In this document: one piece after another, positions 1 through 9,201 of the stretch | Layout of the letters: each line of letters begins with the position of its first letter | How positions within the stretch are numbered: position 1 is the first letter of the stretch | NCBI GenBank assembly: GCA_963845565.1 | Contig: CAWJSJ010000001.1 | Location: 800,001-864,000 of the forward strand | Direction of reading: 5' to 3' | Length of the DNA: 64,000 bases | DNA from: an uncultured Methylomirabilota bacterium | GTDB lineage: Bacteria > Methylomirabilota > Methylomirabilia > Methylomirabilales > 2-02-FULL-66-22 | Made by a program: the position numbers and the translations under genes | The notes under the pieces: model-generated | What the model was told of the DNA's origin: nothing | Database searches by the model: none | The model's input: the letters and a program-made list of their open reading frames with translations, nothing else

Positions 1-5
1 CCCCT

Positions 6-719
6 TCAGACGGACGGCGATCGCGGCCATAACTTCCCTTGGGTCACATCCGCCGTAAGGGTTCCCGGCCGCACCAAGGGGTCGGGCAGGTGAGCGAGCG
101 AGTGCACGGGGGCAGGCAGGACCCGGGTCCGCTTGCCTTCCTCGGCGACACAGAAGACCCCGCGGAGAGGGATCGGATTCGGAAGGCTCTTGAACCGCAC
201 CACCTGGTCGAGGAGATCTACGAGCCCCAGCACCGTGCCGCCCGTGGTCACGACATCGTCGATCAAAATCACCCCGCAGGCCGCGCGTGCCGCCAGCAGG
301 TTGATGTCACGCTCGTAGAGCGCCAAGTACTTGACCCCGCTGGTGATGGAGTCCGCCCCGACCTGAATCACAGGACGTCCGGAGGGCTCCATGTGCGGTT
401 TGACCCGATTATAGGCTACAGCCATCGCGGCCATATCCAACTCCGACGCCACCACTTGCGCCAATTGCAGCGCTTTCTCGACGACGGTGATGAGGCAGAG
501 ATCCCGATACTCCGCGCAGGCCGACCGGATCCGTTCCGCCAACAATCGCCCGAGATCGCGATTCCATCGAATCTGGCCGACGAGGTTCAACGAGGCAATG
601 CGCACGTCTCGGTCGTCACCCGACAGCCAGACCCAGGGAAGGTGGAGCGGATACGACACCCCGGGAACCGTCAGGACGTACCGTTCGCCGCTTTCGAAAG
701 GCTCACTGGTGGCACCCAT
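6..719 (-). CDS. Type I phosphoribosyltransferase (adenine/purine PRT-like)
   Basis: PRPP-binding loop VILIDDVVTTGGT; lies downstream of the BMP-family gene on the same strand. Confidence 0.8.
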   Translation of the reverse strand: MGATSEPFESGERYVLTVPGVSYPLHLPWVWLSGDDRDVRIASLNLVGQIRWNRDLGRLLAERIRSACAEYRDLCLITVVEKALQLAQVVASELDMAAMAVAYNRVKPHMEPSGRPVIQVGADSITSGVKYLALYERDINLLAARAACGVILIDDVVTTGGTVLGLVDLLDQVVRFKSLPNPIPLRGVFCVAEEGKRTRVLPAPVHSLAHLPDPLVRPGTLTADVTQGKLWPRSPSV

Positions 720-791
720 GGCACCTCGCGCTGCCCGCCCAGCCCGGGCGCCGCGAAGAGCCGCACCCGGGCTGGGGCCCCGTTACGTTCG

Positions 792-1913
792 TCACTCCGG
801 GATTTTCCCGACCACACCCTCCACGAACCACTTCATGGTGAGCAATTCCTTGTCGGAGGCTCGCTGTCCGGCGACGAGGACCACTTTGCCCTCCTGGTCC
901 CTGATCGGACCAAGGAAGGAATCGTCCTTGCCGTCCTTCATCTTCTTCAACTCCGCCAACACTTTCTGCTGGGCGGACTTCGGCACGGACGGGTGGAATG
1001 CGGACAAGCCGATGAGATTCTCCTTGAACCCCCAGAAAACCTCCTGCGGCTTCCAGGTCTTGTTCATGACGCGCTTCACCGCGTCCACGTAGTAGGGACC
1101 CCAGTTCCACGTGGTGGACACCAAGGCGCAGTCCGCTCCGAACTGGCGCACATCCATCCCGTACCCGATCGTCGGGACCTTCTTGTAGCAGGCGGTCCGC
1201 GCCGAATCCGGTGTGTCCGCCATCTGGCGAATGAGGTCATGCTGTTGATTGATCAGCGTCTCCGCCAGGACTACCTCATTGATGGGGTCCAGCCATTTCT
1301 TCAACCAGACCACGGTGTTGACCTTCTTGGGATCGTGAGGGTGATTCCCCTCTTTCAACCCGCGCAGCAAGCCGAGCGTGAAGGCGTTAATCCCCCGAAC
1401 CGGCTCCGGAATGGGTTGGGTGGCGACCGTGCCGACGTTCTTATAACCCATCAGTCCGGCCAGGTACCCGGCGAGGTACTCGGACTGCTCCATCCGCGCG
1501 AAATAGTTCCCCATGTTCGGGCCGGTCTTGTAGCCGGAGCAGTGCTCGAACGCCGTCTTGGGAAAATCCTTGGCGACGATGAGGGTCGGATCCATGTGCT
1601 CGAAGGTCGTGGCGAAGACAATCTCGTGACCGCTCTTCGCGTACCCTCGCACGACCCGTTCCGTGTCCGCCGCCAAGACATTTTCGGTGTAGGAGACGCT
1701 CACCTGGTCCTTCATCTCCCTCTTCAGGTACTCGATCCCCCGGTAGTGCGCCGTGCTCCAGCCCAGGTCGTGAATCGTAGACAGCAGCGCAAATGCCACC
1801 TTCGTCTTGGCGGGTTTTCCCGCCTCCTTCTTCTCTTGTGCCGATGCGCCCGCGCCGAGGGCCGCGAACGTAAGCAAACCGATGACCAGCATCGAAACAG
1901 ACCGAGACGTCAT
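792..1913 (-). CDS. BMP-family ABC transporter substrate-binding protein (purine nucleoside type), 373 aa
   Basis: ATG at 1913 with RBS AGAGGAGG; signal peptide; motifs HDLGWSTAH, IVFATTF, FEHCSG, YLAGYLAG, INAFTLG, WNWGPYY, MKWFVEGVVG. The track ORF 792..4301 is over-extended. Confidence 0.9.
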   Translation of the reverse strand: MTSRSVSMLVIGLLTFAALGAGASAQEKKEAGKPAKTKVAFALLSTIHDLGWSTAHYRGIEYLKREMKDQVSVSYTENVLAADTERVVRGYAKSGHEIVFATTFEHMDPTLIVAKDFPKTAFEHCSGYKTGPNMGNYFARMEQSEYLAGYLAGLMGYKNVGTVATQPIPEPVRGINAFTLGLLRGLKEGNHPHDPKKVNTVVWLKKWLDPINEVVLAETLINQQHDLIRQMADTPDSARTACYKKVPTIGYGMDVRQFGADCALVSTTWNWGPYYVDAVKRVMNKTWKPQEVFWGFKENLIGLSAFHPSVPKSAQQKVLAELKKMKDGKDDSFLGPIRDQEGKVVLVAGQRASDKELLTMKWFVEGVVGKIPE

Positions 1914-2042
1914 GGAGGCCTCCTCTGCGGTAAGGGCATTACCAGAAAGACACCGTGTCGCACGCGACCGGGAGCGCCGATCGTCCTCCGGAACGCACCA
2001 CGATCGGGTATTCGTATCGTACCCGCGCGACGCCGGCGTTTG

Positions 2043-2069
2043 ATTATCACACCCCCGTCCCCATTGCAA
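2043..2069 (-). promoter_or_regulatory. Possible sigma70 promoter for the BMP/PRT genes
   Basis: TTGCAA-N15-GATAAT with TGn extended -10; spacer is short. Confidence 0.3.
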
Positions 2070-2163
2070 TACCGGCCGGTCGGTCGTGTCGTCATCCACA
2101 ACAGTGCGGACCCCCGGCATGTCACCGGCGTGGCTTCCCCGGGAACCCGACGTGGGAAACCCA

Positions 2164-2192
2164 TTGACTCGCCTCAGCGCTCCCGGTAGTCT
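2164..2192 (+). promoter_or_regulatory. sigma70-type promoter of gdhA
   Basis: TTGACT-N17-TAGTCT, about 130 nt upstream of the ATG. Confidence 0.55.
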
Positions 2193-2324
2193 TGCGTGGG
2201 AAGGTACCTGGAGTTCCTGCAGCGCTTTCCCATTGCGCCCCGGTGTCGCATGCGCATCGCGGAGGGGTGACCGGTTGCGATGACGTGCGGAGGCCATGGG
2301 GCCCGGCGAGAGGAGGAGAATCGC

Positions 2325-3572
2325 ATGGCCGAGTTGAATCCGTTTACCATCGCGCAGAAGCAGTTGGACACGGCCGCGGCACGATTGGGGTTGGACCCAG
2401 CCACCCATGAGTTCCTCCGGTGGCCCCAGAAGGAGTTGGTGGTCTCGATCCCGGTGCGGATGGACGATGGCTCGGTCAAGGTATTCCGAGGCTACCGCGT
2501 GCAGTACAACTCCGCCCGGGGCCCGAACAAGGGCGGTCTCCGTTGGCATCCGGACGAGACCATCGACACCGTTCGCGCGCTCGCCGCGTGGATGACCTGG
2601 AAGACGTCCGTGGTGGACATCCCGCTCGGCGGCGCCAAAGGCGGGGTCACCTGCAATCCAAAGACGATGTCGGAGGGCGAGAAAGAACGTCTGGCGCGGG
2701 GGTATATACGCGCAGTGGCCGCATTCCTGTCGGTCTCCAAGGATGTCCCCGCCCCCGACGTGTACACCACGCCCCAGATCATGGCGTGGATGATGGACGA
2801 GTACGAAACGCTGGTCGGCGAGCACCATCCCGGCGTCATCACCGGGAAACCCATCCCGCTGGGGGGATCCGAGGGCCGCGGGGACGCCACCGCGCGCGGC
2901 GGCGTTTATGTGACCCGCGAGGCCGCCAAGACGCTCGGGATTGATCTGGGCGGCAAGACCATGGCCATCCAGGGGTTCGGCAATGCCGGACAGTACGCGG
3001 CCCTCCTCGGCCACGACATCCTGGGGCTCACACTGGTGGCGGCCTCCGACTCGAAGGGCGGCATCCACAACCCCCGAGGGCTGGATCCTCGGAAAGTGGT
3101 GGATTACAAACGCAAGACCGGCAGCCTCCAGGGTTTCCCCGGTGCCGACCCGATCAGCAACGAGGCGCTCTTGGAGTTGGAGGTCACGGTGCTCTTCCCC
3201 TCCGCTCTCGAGAACGTCATCACGCCGGCGAACGCCAACCGCCTCCAGTGCAAGATCTCCTGCGAGCTGGCCAACGGGCCAACCACGCCGGAGGCCGATG
3301 ATATCCTGTACGACCGCGGGATCTTCGTGGTGCCGGATTTCCTGGCGAACGCCGGCGGGGTCACCGTCTCCTATTTCGAGCAGGTGCAGAACACCTACAA
3401 CTTCTACTGGCCGCTGAGCGAGGTCCACCAGCGTCTGGACGAAAAGATGACCCGCGCGTTTCACGGCGTGCATCAGATGTACACCAAAGAGAAGGTCAAC
3501 ATGCGGCAGGCCGCCTACCTCGTGGCGGTGGCGCGGGTGGCCGAAGCCTGCAAACTGCGCGGCTGGGTGTAG
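2325..3572 (+). CDS. gdhA: Glutamate dehydrogenase (Glu/Leu/Phe/Val dehydrogenase family)
   Basis: ATG 2325 after [57 protein letters not shown]. Confidence 0.95.
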   Translation: MAELNPFTIAQKQLDTAAARLGLDPATHEFLRWPQKELVVSIPVRMDDGSVKVFRGYRVQYNSARGPNKGGLRWHPDETIDTVRALAAWMTWKTSVVDIPLGGAKGGVTCNPKTMSEGEKERLARGYIRAVAAFLSVSKDVPAPDVYTTPQIMAWMMDEYETLVGEHHPGVITGKPIPLGGSEGRGDATARGGVYVTREAAKTLGIDLGGKTMAIQGFGNAGQYAALLGHDILGLTLVAASDSKGGIHNPRGLDPRKVVDYKRKTGSLQGFPGADPISNEALLELEVTVLFPSALENVITPANANRLQCKISCELANGPTTPEADDILYDRGIFVVPDFLANAGGVTVSYFEQVQNTYNFYWPLSEVHQRLDEKMTRAFHGVHQMYTKEKVNMRQAAYLVAVARVAEACKLRGWV

Positions 3573-3610
3573 GCGGTGCGCTACCCACGGTAGGCGCCTC
3601 CGACGTTTTC

Positions 3611-3649
3611 GACGGGGATTCCCCCCGCGTCCCATGGGGAGTCCCCGTC
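3611..3649 (+). terminator. Stem-loop after gdhA (no U-tract; terminator or mRNA-stabilising element)
   Basis: GACGGGGATTCCCC-N11-GGGGAGTCCCCGTC. Confidence 0.45.
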
Positions 3650-3719
3650 CGCATCTCGGCAGGCAAGCGCACCCCTCTTCTGTCACGGCACAGGTCGCCG
3701 TCCCCCCTGTGGAGCTGCC

Positions 3720-6023
3720 ATGGATCTGCTGCACATCTATCGGCTGTACCGGAAGATGCATCAATACCCGAACCTCATCGGGCTCATGCGCAGCATCTTT
3801 CTGGACGTGCTGGACCAACGCGGCGTCGTCGGCCGGGAGCGCCTCTACACGCAGGCGCTCGAGGAGATGCGAAAGGACGCCGCGCCGGATACGGAGACGA
3901 ACCGACAGGAGTACATCGAGGCGTTGATCGACACCTACGTCGCCCAGCACCTGAGCGGAACCGACGTCGAGAACTACATCAACCTGGCGCGGAAGAGAGA
4001 TAATGCGCAGACGTTGAGCATGCTTGTCAACCGCGACCAGGCGACGGCCGAGGAGATCGTCAAGGCCCTCCGGGAGTTCTGTGACATTCCCAAGGGCGAG
4101 GTGTACATCTCGGGCGAGGAGGCGGAGGGCATCCGCGTGGCGCTGATTTCGCGCTTCATCTCGAACCAGTTGCCCTTCATCGGCCTGGCCAAGAACTACA
4201 TCACGATCCGCGACACCGATCTCATCCTGCGGAACACGCTCTTCAGTCGGCGCCGGCCAGGTAAATTGGGCGGCAAAGCGGCCGGCATGATCTTGGCCCA
4301 CAAGATCCTGTTACCCACGCTGGAGAAGAAGGACCCGGAGCTGGAAGGGCGGATCCGGGTCCCGGACACCTGGTATCTGAATTCCGGCGTGTTCTCCGAA
4401 TTCCTGGACCGCAACAACCTGTACCTCTTCCACACCTTCAAATACAAGGACCGCGAGAGCATCGAGAAAGACTTCCTCCGGATCGAGGAGCAGTTCAAGT
4501 TCGCCACCTTCGCCCCCGAGGTCGTGGAGGACTTCCGCCGCATCCTGGAAGAGATCGGGGACCACCCGATCATCGTCCGATCCTCCAGCATGCTGGAAGA
4601 CAACTTCGGCCTGGCGTTTTCCGGGAAGTACATGTCGGTGTTCCTCACCAACCAGGGCGACCTGGAGACGCGCCTGAGTCGCTTCATCGTGGGCCTGAAG
4701 AAGGTCTTCGCCAGCACCTTCGGCCCCGACCCCATCCTGTACCGACGCGACCATGGCCTGCTCGATTACGACGAGCGGATGGCGATGGTCGTCCAGAAGG
4801 TCGTCGGTCGGCGCTTCGGCGACTATTTCTACCCCTTTGCGGCCGGGGTCATGTTCTCGCGTAACGTGTACGGGTGGAACCCGAAGATCGACAAGGAGGC
4901 CGGTTTGGTTCGGCTGGTGCACGGACTGGGAACCCGCGCGGTGGACCGGGTCGGGTCGGACTATCCCCGCATGGTCCCATTGAGCCATCCCACCCTCCGC
5001 CCCGAGGTGACCGCCGACCAGATTCGCAAATACTCCCAGAAGCAGGTGGACGTCCTCAACTTAAAGAAGGGCGTCCTTGAGACGGTGGATTTCCAGACCC
5101 TCACCGCATCGGACACCCATCCGGACCTCTTCTATGCCGCCTCGATCCAGGACCACGATCACCTCGCCGCCCCGCTCTTCAAGACGCAGGAGTTGCGGGG
5201 GCAGGAGCTATGCCTGACGTTCGACAATTTGTTGGCCAAGACCCCCCTCGTGCAATTGGCCCGCACGATTCTGGCCCGGGTGGAAGCCGCCTACGGACGC
5301 CCGGTCGACATCGAGTTCGCGTGGGACCACGACACGTTCTATCTCCTTCAGTGCCGGTCGCTGTCCATGCGCAAAGAGCACCAGAAGGTCGCCATCCCGG
5401 ACGACACCCCGCCGGAACGCGTGCTGTTCACGACCCACTCGAGTCTGTCCAACAGCGTGGTCGCCGACCTGGAGTACATCGTCTACGTGAACCCGCGTGC
5501 GTACGATAGCCTCCCGACCTACGACGCGAAGTTGCGTATCGCCTCGGTGGTCAATCTGCTCAACAAACATTTCGCCGGCCGCCGGTACGCCCTCATGGGG
5601 CCCGGCCGCTGGGGCAGTAACGACATCAATTTGGGCGTCCGCGTTACCTACTCGAATATCAACCGGACCTCGCTGTTGGTGGAGATCGCCTTTGCGAAGG
5701 AAGGGGGCACGCCGGAGGTGTCGTACGGAACCCACTTCTTCCAGGACCTGGTGGAGGCCGACATCACCGTCGCCTCGCTCTTTCCGGACGACCCGGAGGC
5801 GTTCCTCAACGAAGAGTTCCTCCTTGGCGCCGAGAACCTGCTCGGCGTGATAGCGCCCGAGGTGCAGGACTGCGCTCCGGTGGTTCGGGTCATCAACGTC
5901 CCGGCGGTGCGTGATGGGGATTATCTGCACGTGTACATGGACGCCGGCAGCCGAAAGGGGCTCGGCTTCTTCGGTCCGCGCCAGGACGGCGGCACCGAGC
6001 CGCCCCACATTCCTGCGTCGTAG
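3720..6023 (+). CDS. PEP/pyruvate-binding (PPDK_N, ATP-grasp) domain protein, PEP-synthase-like
   Basis: GKLGGKAAG, IVRSSSMLED, FSGKY, GLGTRAV, PVDIEFA, LLQCR; C-terminal GPGRWGS...SYGTHFF. Confidence 0.85.
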   Translation: MDLLHIYRLYRKMHQYPNLIGLMRSIFLDVLDQRGVVGRERLYTQALEEMRKDAAPDTETNRQEYIEALIDTYVAQHLSGTDVENYINLARKRDNAQTLSMLVNRDQATAEEIVKALREFCDIPKGEVYISGEEAEGIRVALISRFISNQLPFIGLAKNYITIRDTDLILRNTLFSRRRPGKLGGKAAGMILAHKILLPTLEKKDPELEGRIRVPDTWYLNSGVFSEFLDRNNLYLFHTFKYKDRESIEKDFLRIEEQFKFATFAPEVVEDFRRILEEIGDHPIIVRSSSMLEDNFGLAFSGKYMSVFLTNQGDLETRLSRFIVGLKKVFASTFGPDPILYRRDHGLLDYDERMAMVVQKVVGRRFGDYFYPFAAGVMFSRNVYGWNPKIDKEAGLVRLVHGLGTRAVDRVGSDYPRMVPLSHPTLRPEVTADQIRKYSQKQVDVLNLKKGVLETVDFQTLTASDTHPDLFYAASIQDHDHLAAPLFKTQELRGQELCLTFDNLLAKTPLVQLARTILARVEAAYGRPVDIEFAWDHDTFYLLQCRSLSMRKEHQKVAIPDDTPPERVLFTTHSSLSNSVVADLEYIVYVNPRAYDSLPTYDAKLRIASVVNLLNKHFAGRRYALMGPGRWGSNDINLGVRVTYSNINRTSLLVEIAFAKEGGTPEVSYGTHFFQDLVEADITVASLFPDDPEAFLNEEFLLGAENLLGVIAPEVQDCAPVVRVINVPAVRDGDYLHVYMDAGSRKGLGFFGPRQDGGTEPPHIPAS

Positions 6024-6100
6024 GCACACGACCCCGGCCTCTTGAGGTGGGGCCCCGACGAGCGACCGGGCGGAGCCCCGGGGGTGCGCCGGCTGACAGC

Positions 6101-6958
6101 CTATGACTTGGCGGGTGGGGCGGATTGACCGATCGGGCGCTGGAGCGGTCGGAGGAGCGGTTCTTTTTCTTTTTGGAAGCGGACGATGATGCTGATGCGT
6201 CGATTGGCCGAGTCCAGCGGATCGGACCGGCTGGCCAAGCGCCGGTCGGCGTAACCGACGACGGTCGCCACCTGCGTGGGGCGCAGGCCGGCGCCGTCCA
6301 GGATCCGGCGGGCGGCGTTGGCCCGATCAGTCGACAACTCCCAGTTGGTATAGCTCGGAGGACCGACGTACGGGCGGCTATCGGTGTGCCCTTCCAGCAC
6401 AACGTCGTTCGGCAACTTTCCCACTTCTCGTCCGATCAGCGCAAGAACGTCCTGGGTCCCGGCCTTGATCTTGGCGCTCCCCACATCGAAGAAGATCCCT
6501 TGGTTCGTCTCCACGAGCTGGATGCGCAACCCCTCGTCCACGATTTCAATCTTGATCTTATCCTCTAACCGCGCCAGATGCCCCGCGTTGTGGATCTGCT
6601 CCCGGAGGGCCGTTGCCGTCGCCTCCAGCGCTCGCCGATCGGCGTCTCCCGACTTCCCCTCGCCTTCCGGTGTGGGAGGCGGCGGCGCCGGCGTGGTGCG
6701 TCCCATCGGCGCACCCGCTCCCGCCCCCCCCTTCAGGACACTGGCAGCCCCAGTCTGGAATGCCGTGGGATCCTTGAAGTACGCCGAGACCGCGTCTTTG
6801 ACCGACTTGTTTTGGCCCACGATCCAGAGCACGATGAACAGCGCCATCATGGCGGTGACGAAGTCCGCGTACGCTACCTTCCAGGCGCCCCCGTGGTGCC
6901 CGCCGTGGCCGCTCTTCTTTTTGATGATCCTGCGTGGTGCCTCGCTGATGTCCCGCAT
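6101..6958 (-). CDS. motB: Flagellar stator protein MotB
   Basis: HGGAWKVAYADFVTAMMALF transmembrane segment with the essential Asp; OmpA-like GHTD...NWELSTDRAN. Confidence 0.97.
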   Translation of the reverse strand: MRDISEAPRRIIKKKSGHGGHHGGAWKVAYADFVTAMMALFIVLWIVGQNKSVKDAVSAYFKDPTAFQTGAASVLKGGAGAGAPMGRTTPAPPPPTPEGEGKSGDADRRALEATATALREQIHNAGHLARLEDKIKIEIVDEGLRIQLVETNQGIFFDVGSAKIKAGTQDVLALIGREVGKLPNDVVLEGHTDSRPYVGPPSYTNWELSTDRANAARRILDGAGLRPTQVATVVGYADRRLASRSDPLDSANRRISIIVRFQKEKEPLLRPLQRPIGQSAPPAKS

Positions 6959-6964
6959 GGCGTC

Positions 6965-7825
6965 CTACCGTGGCACGACGGCTTTACACGCCGTTTCCAG
7001 TTCGTCGTTACTGGGGCGGTCATAACTGAAGATGACCCGACGGCTAAACTCCACCGCGACGATGGGCGCAGAACCGTTGGCGAATGCCAAGATCCCCGAC
7101 TTGATGCACAAGAGGAATTTCGCCTCCTCTTCACTCATCGACTGAAGGTTGTTGGCCATGGGACCGACGAAACCGTAGCACAGCAGGATCCCGACGAAGG
7201 TGCCCACCAGCGCCACCGCCACCTTATGACCGATCTCCTCCGGCGGACCATTGATGGCCTGCATCGTGATGACGATCCCGAGCACCGCAGCCACGATTCC
7301 CAGGCCCGGCAGGGAGTCGCTGACCCGCGTCAGGATACTCGGATAGCGACCCTCCTCTTCATGGTGCGTCTCCATCTCCGCGTCCATCATCTCCTCCAGT
7401 TGGATCGGCGTGACCGAGCCATCCACCAGCAGCTTGAGGGAATCGCAGAGGAAGTGTAGCGCGTGGTGGTTTTTCAGGAGTGTACCGTACTTGGAAAAGA
7501 TCGAACTCTTGATCGGGTCGCTCACGTCCTGGTCGAGTGCGATGAAGCCGTTCTTTTTGGCGTTAATGAAGACCTCATAGAGGGCTGTCAGTAATTCCAA
7601 GTAACTGGCTTTGGAGGGCCCGGCTCCCGAGAGGAGGAGTGGGAGTTTCCCGACCAGCCCCTTGAGGATCTTGAGCGGAGTTGCGATCAGAATGGAGCCG
7701 ATCGCCGCCCCTCCAATGATCAGAAATTCCACGGGCTGGATGAGGACCAGCGGCGGTCCGCCCTCAATGACAAACCCGCCCACGACTCCCGCAATCACCA
7801 CCACACTGCCGATAATGACGAACAT
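6965..7825 (-). CDS. motA: Flagellar stator protein MotA
   Basis: QPVEFLIIGGAA, PGLGIVAAVLG, ALVGTFVGILLCYG, VEFSRR. Confidence 0.97.
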   Translation of the reverse strand: MFVIIGSVVVIAGVVGGFVIEGGPPLVLIQPVEFLIIGGAAIGSILIATPLKILKGLVGKLPLLLSGAGPSKASYLELLTALYEVFINAKKNGFIALDQDVSDPIKSSIFSKYGTLLKNHHALHFLCDSLKLLVDGSVTPIQLEEMMDAEMETHHEEEGRYPSILTRVSDSLPGLGIVAAVLGIVITMQAINGPPEEIGHKVAVALVGTFVGILLCYGFVGPMANNLQSMSEEEAKFLLCIKSGILAFANGSAPIVAVEFSRRVIFSYDRPSNDELETACKAVVPR

Positions 7826-8174
7826 GTTCTGACCCTCGGTGTACAGATTTACCGCAAGGCCCCGCTGTTCACTCTTCCAGGCGTGAAAATACTCTCCAAT
7901 GATTTCCCTTGATTTCCTCGCATCCTATTCGGTAGACTATTTCATATGGTTGCCCAGGTTATTGATCTCACGCCGTCCATGACGGGCTGGTATTACGCGT
8001 CGGTGTCCCCAGCGCACTTTCAGGCGCGGGAGGCCCGGCCGACCCCGAGAACCACGCCCATCCCGGTCGCGCCGGCCGACCCCGTGTGTCTGGGGTATGG
8101 CGCGGATGGCCGGCCGCGCCTGGCATCAGTTCGACCGCGCGTCTGGTACCTCGCCTAGCATTCATCCCCCGCCG

Positions 8175-8201
8175 TTATCGGTTTCGACCATCCTGGTAAT
8201 C
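8175..8201 (-). promoter_or_regulatory. Possible sigma28 -10 element upstream of motAB
   Basis: ACCGATAA at 8182-8175; -35 region (GATTACCA) matches poorly. Confidence 0.25.
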
Positions 8202-8232
8202 CACCACGCGTCGCCTCGCCCCTCGCCGGCCA

Positions 8233-8862
8233 TCATCCGTCGGTGCGACTCGCCTTTCGGTAGTGCGCAATCAGGTTTGCGGCATGAAATCGGTTGAGTC
8301 CATTCGGGTCATTCTGCGCCCCGACGGGGGCGTAGCGGGACGACAGGAAACGAAGGAAGTCCTCCGTGTACCGCCCGCTGCTCCGATCGACCGCGATCCC
8401 TCCGCCCCGCTCGAAGCGGACGACATTGTTTCGCACGGTGTTGGCTGCAATGCGCGCCTGCCCGCCAAAATCGGAAGCGGGAACGGACAGAACGCCGAAT
8501 TCCTTTCCGGGCCCACCATTCTCGGTCCGGCGCAGGGCAGTCAAGAGCGAGGGGTCAACCCCGGTCCGGTCGGCCTCGCGCGCGATGACGAGCGCCTCAC
8601 CAGGTGTCCCTTCGGACACCGCTCCCTGTGCTCGTGGTGAGATTTCCGGGTCAGGCGTCGTCTCGGCTGGATCGGGTTCGGTCGCGCCGCCTCCCACGGC
8701 GTTCCGGTGAGCGCAGGCCTCCAGAACCGCGTCCCGGAACGACAGCGCCGCAAGGCCCAACAAAGCCGCCGATCCATGCGTCACGCGACCGCCGTCCACC
8801 GATGGCGTTCCACACCCGACCGCGGGGGCGCTCCAGCCGGCGGGATGAATCGGACCGATCAC
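8233..8862 (-). CDS. Lysozyme-like/lytic transglycosylase-like protein, 209 aa
   Basis: GTG 8862 with GGAGG RBS and GTGA overlap with the upstream stop; IAREADRTGVDPSLLTALRRTENGG (SLT motif I-like Glu); C-terminal YAPVGAQNDPNGLN. Confidence 0.6.
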   Translation of the reverse strand: MIGPIHPAGWSAPAVGCGTPSVDGGRVTHGSAALLGLAALSFRDAVLEACAHRNAVGGGATEPDPAETTPDPEISPRAQGAVSEGTPGEALVIAREADRTGVDPSLLTALRRTENGGPGKEFGVLSVPASDFGGQARIAANTVRNNVVRFERGGGIAVDRSSGRYTEDFLRFLSSRYAPVGAQNDPNGLNRFHAANLIAHYRKASRTDG

Positions 8863-9185
8863 GACCGCACCTCCAAGCTGCCGACACCCCTGGCGGGATG
8901 GCCATACGGCGTGGGGGCGTCCACCGGACGCCACTCACTTCCACCCTTCGGGAGTTCCGTCACAACGATCAGGCCCATGAGCACCAGGTCCATCAGCGCC
9001 TGCTCGAGGAGTTGTCCGGCGCTTCCCGTCCCCTGCAAATCTTCCCGCATTTCATCGGCGACCGACACCAGGTCGCCCGGATGGGTGCTGATTCCGGCGC
9101 GCACCCGTTGTTTGAGGTGCTGCTGCAGGACTGCGGCGTTCCATCGCCGCCAGCGTCGGTCGCACTCCGCTGTCGCCGTATCCAT
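8859..9185 (-). CDS. Hypothetical protein, 108 aa
   Basis: ATG 9185 with AGGAG RBS just after the kinase stop; its stop overlaps the next start. Confidence 0.55.
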   Translation of the reverse strand: MDTATAECDRRWRRWNAAVLQQHLKQRVRAGISTHPGDLVSVADEMREDLQGTGSAGQLLEQALMDLVLMGLIVVTELPKGGSEWRPVDAPTPYGHPARGVGSLEVRS

Positions 9186-9201
9186 CGGGTTGCTCCTGCG
9201 T

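Noticed and set aside
39..2189. 716-aa plus-strand ORF
   Set aside because: Antisense shadow of the PRT and BMP genes; no motifs; expected in high-GC DNA
792..4301. 1169-aa minus ORF suggesting a giant BMP fusion
   Set aside because: The upstream ~800 aa are the antisense shadow of gdhA and the PPDK_N gene; the real start with RBS and signal peptide is at 1913
7915..7960. GGGCAACCATATGAAATAG upstream of motA, resembling the start of a c-di-GMP-I riboswitch
   Set aside because: The stem around GAAA does not pair and GACGCAAAGC/P3 elements are missing; an Rfam cmscan would settle it
7968..8165. 65-aa ORF between the lysozyme-like gene and motA
   Set aside because: No motif, low-complexity composition and a weak RBS
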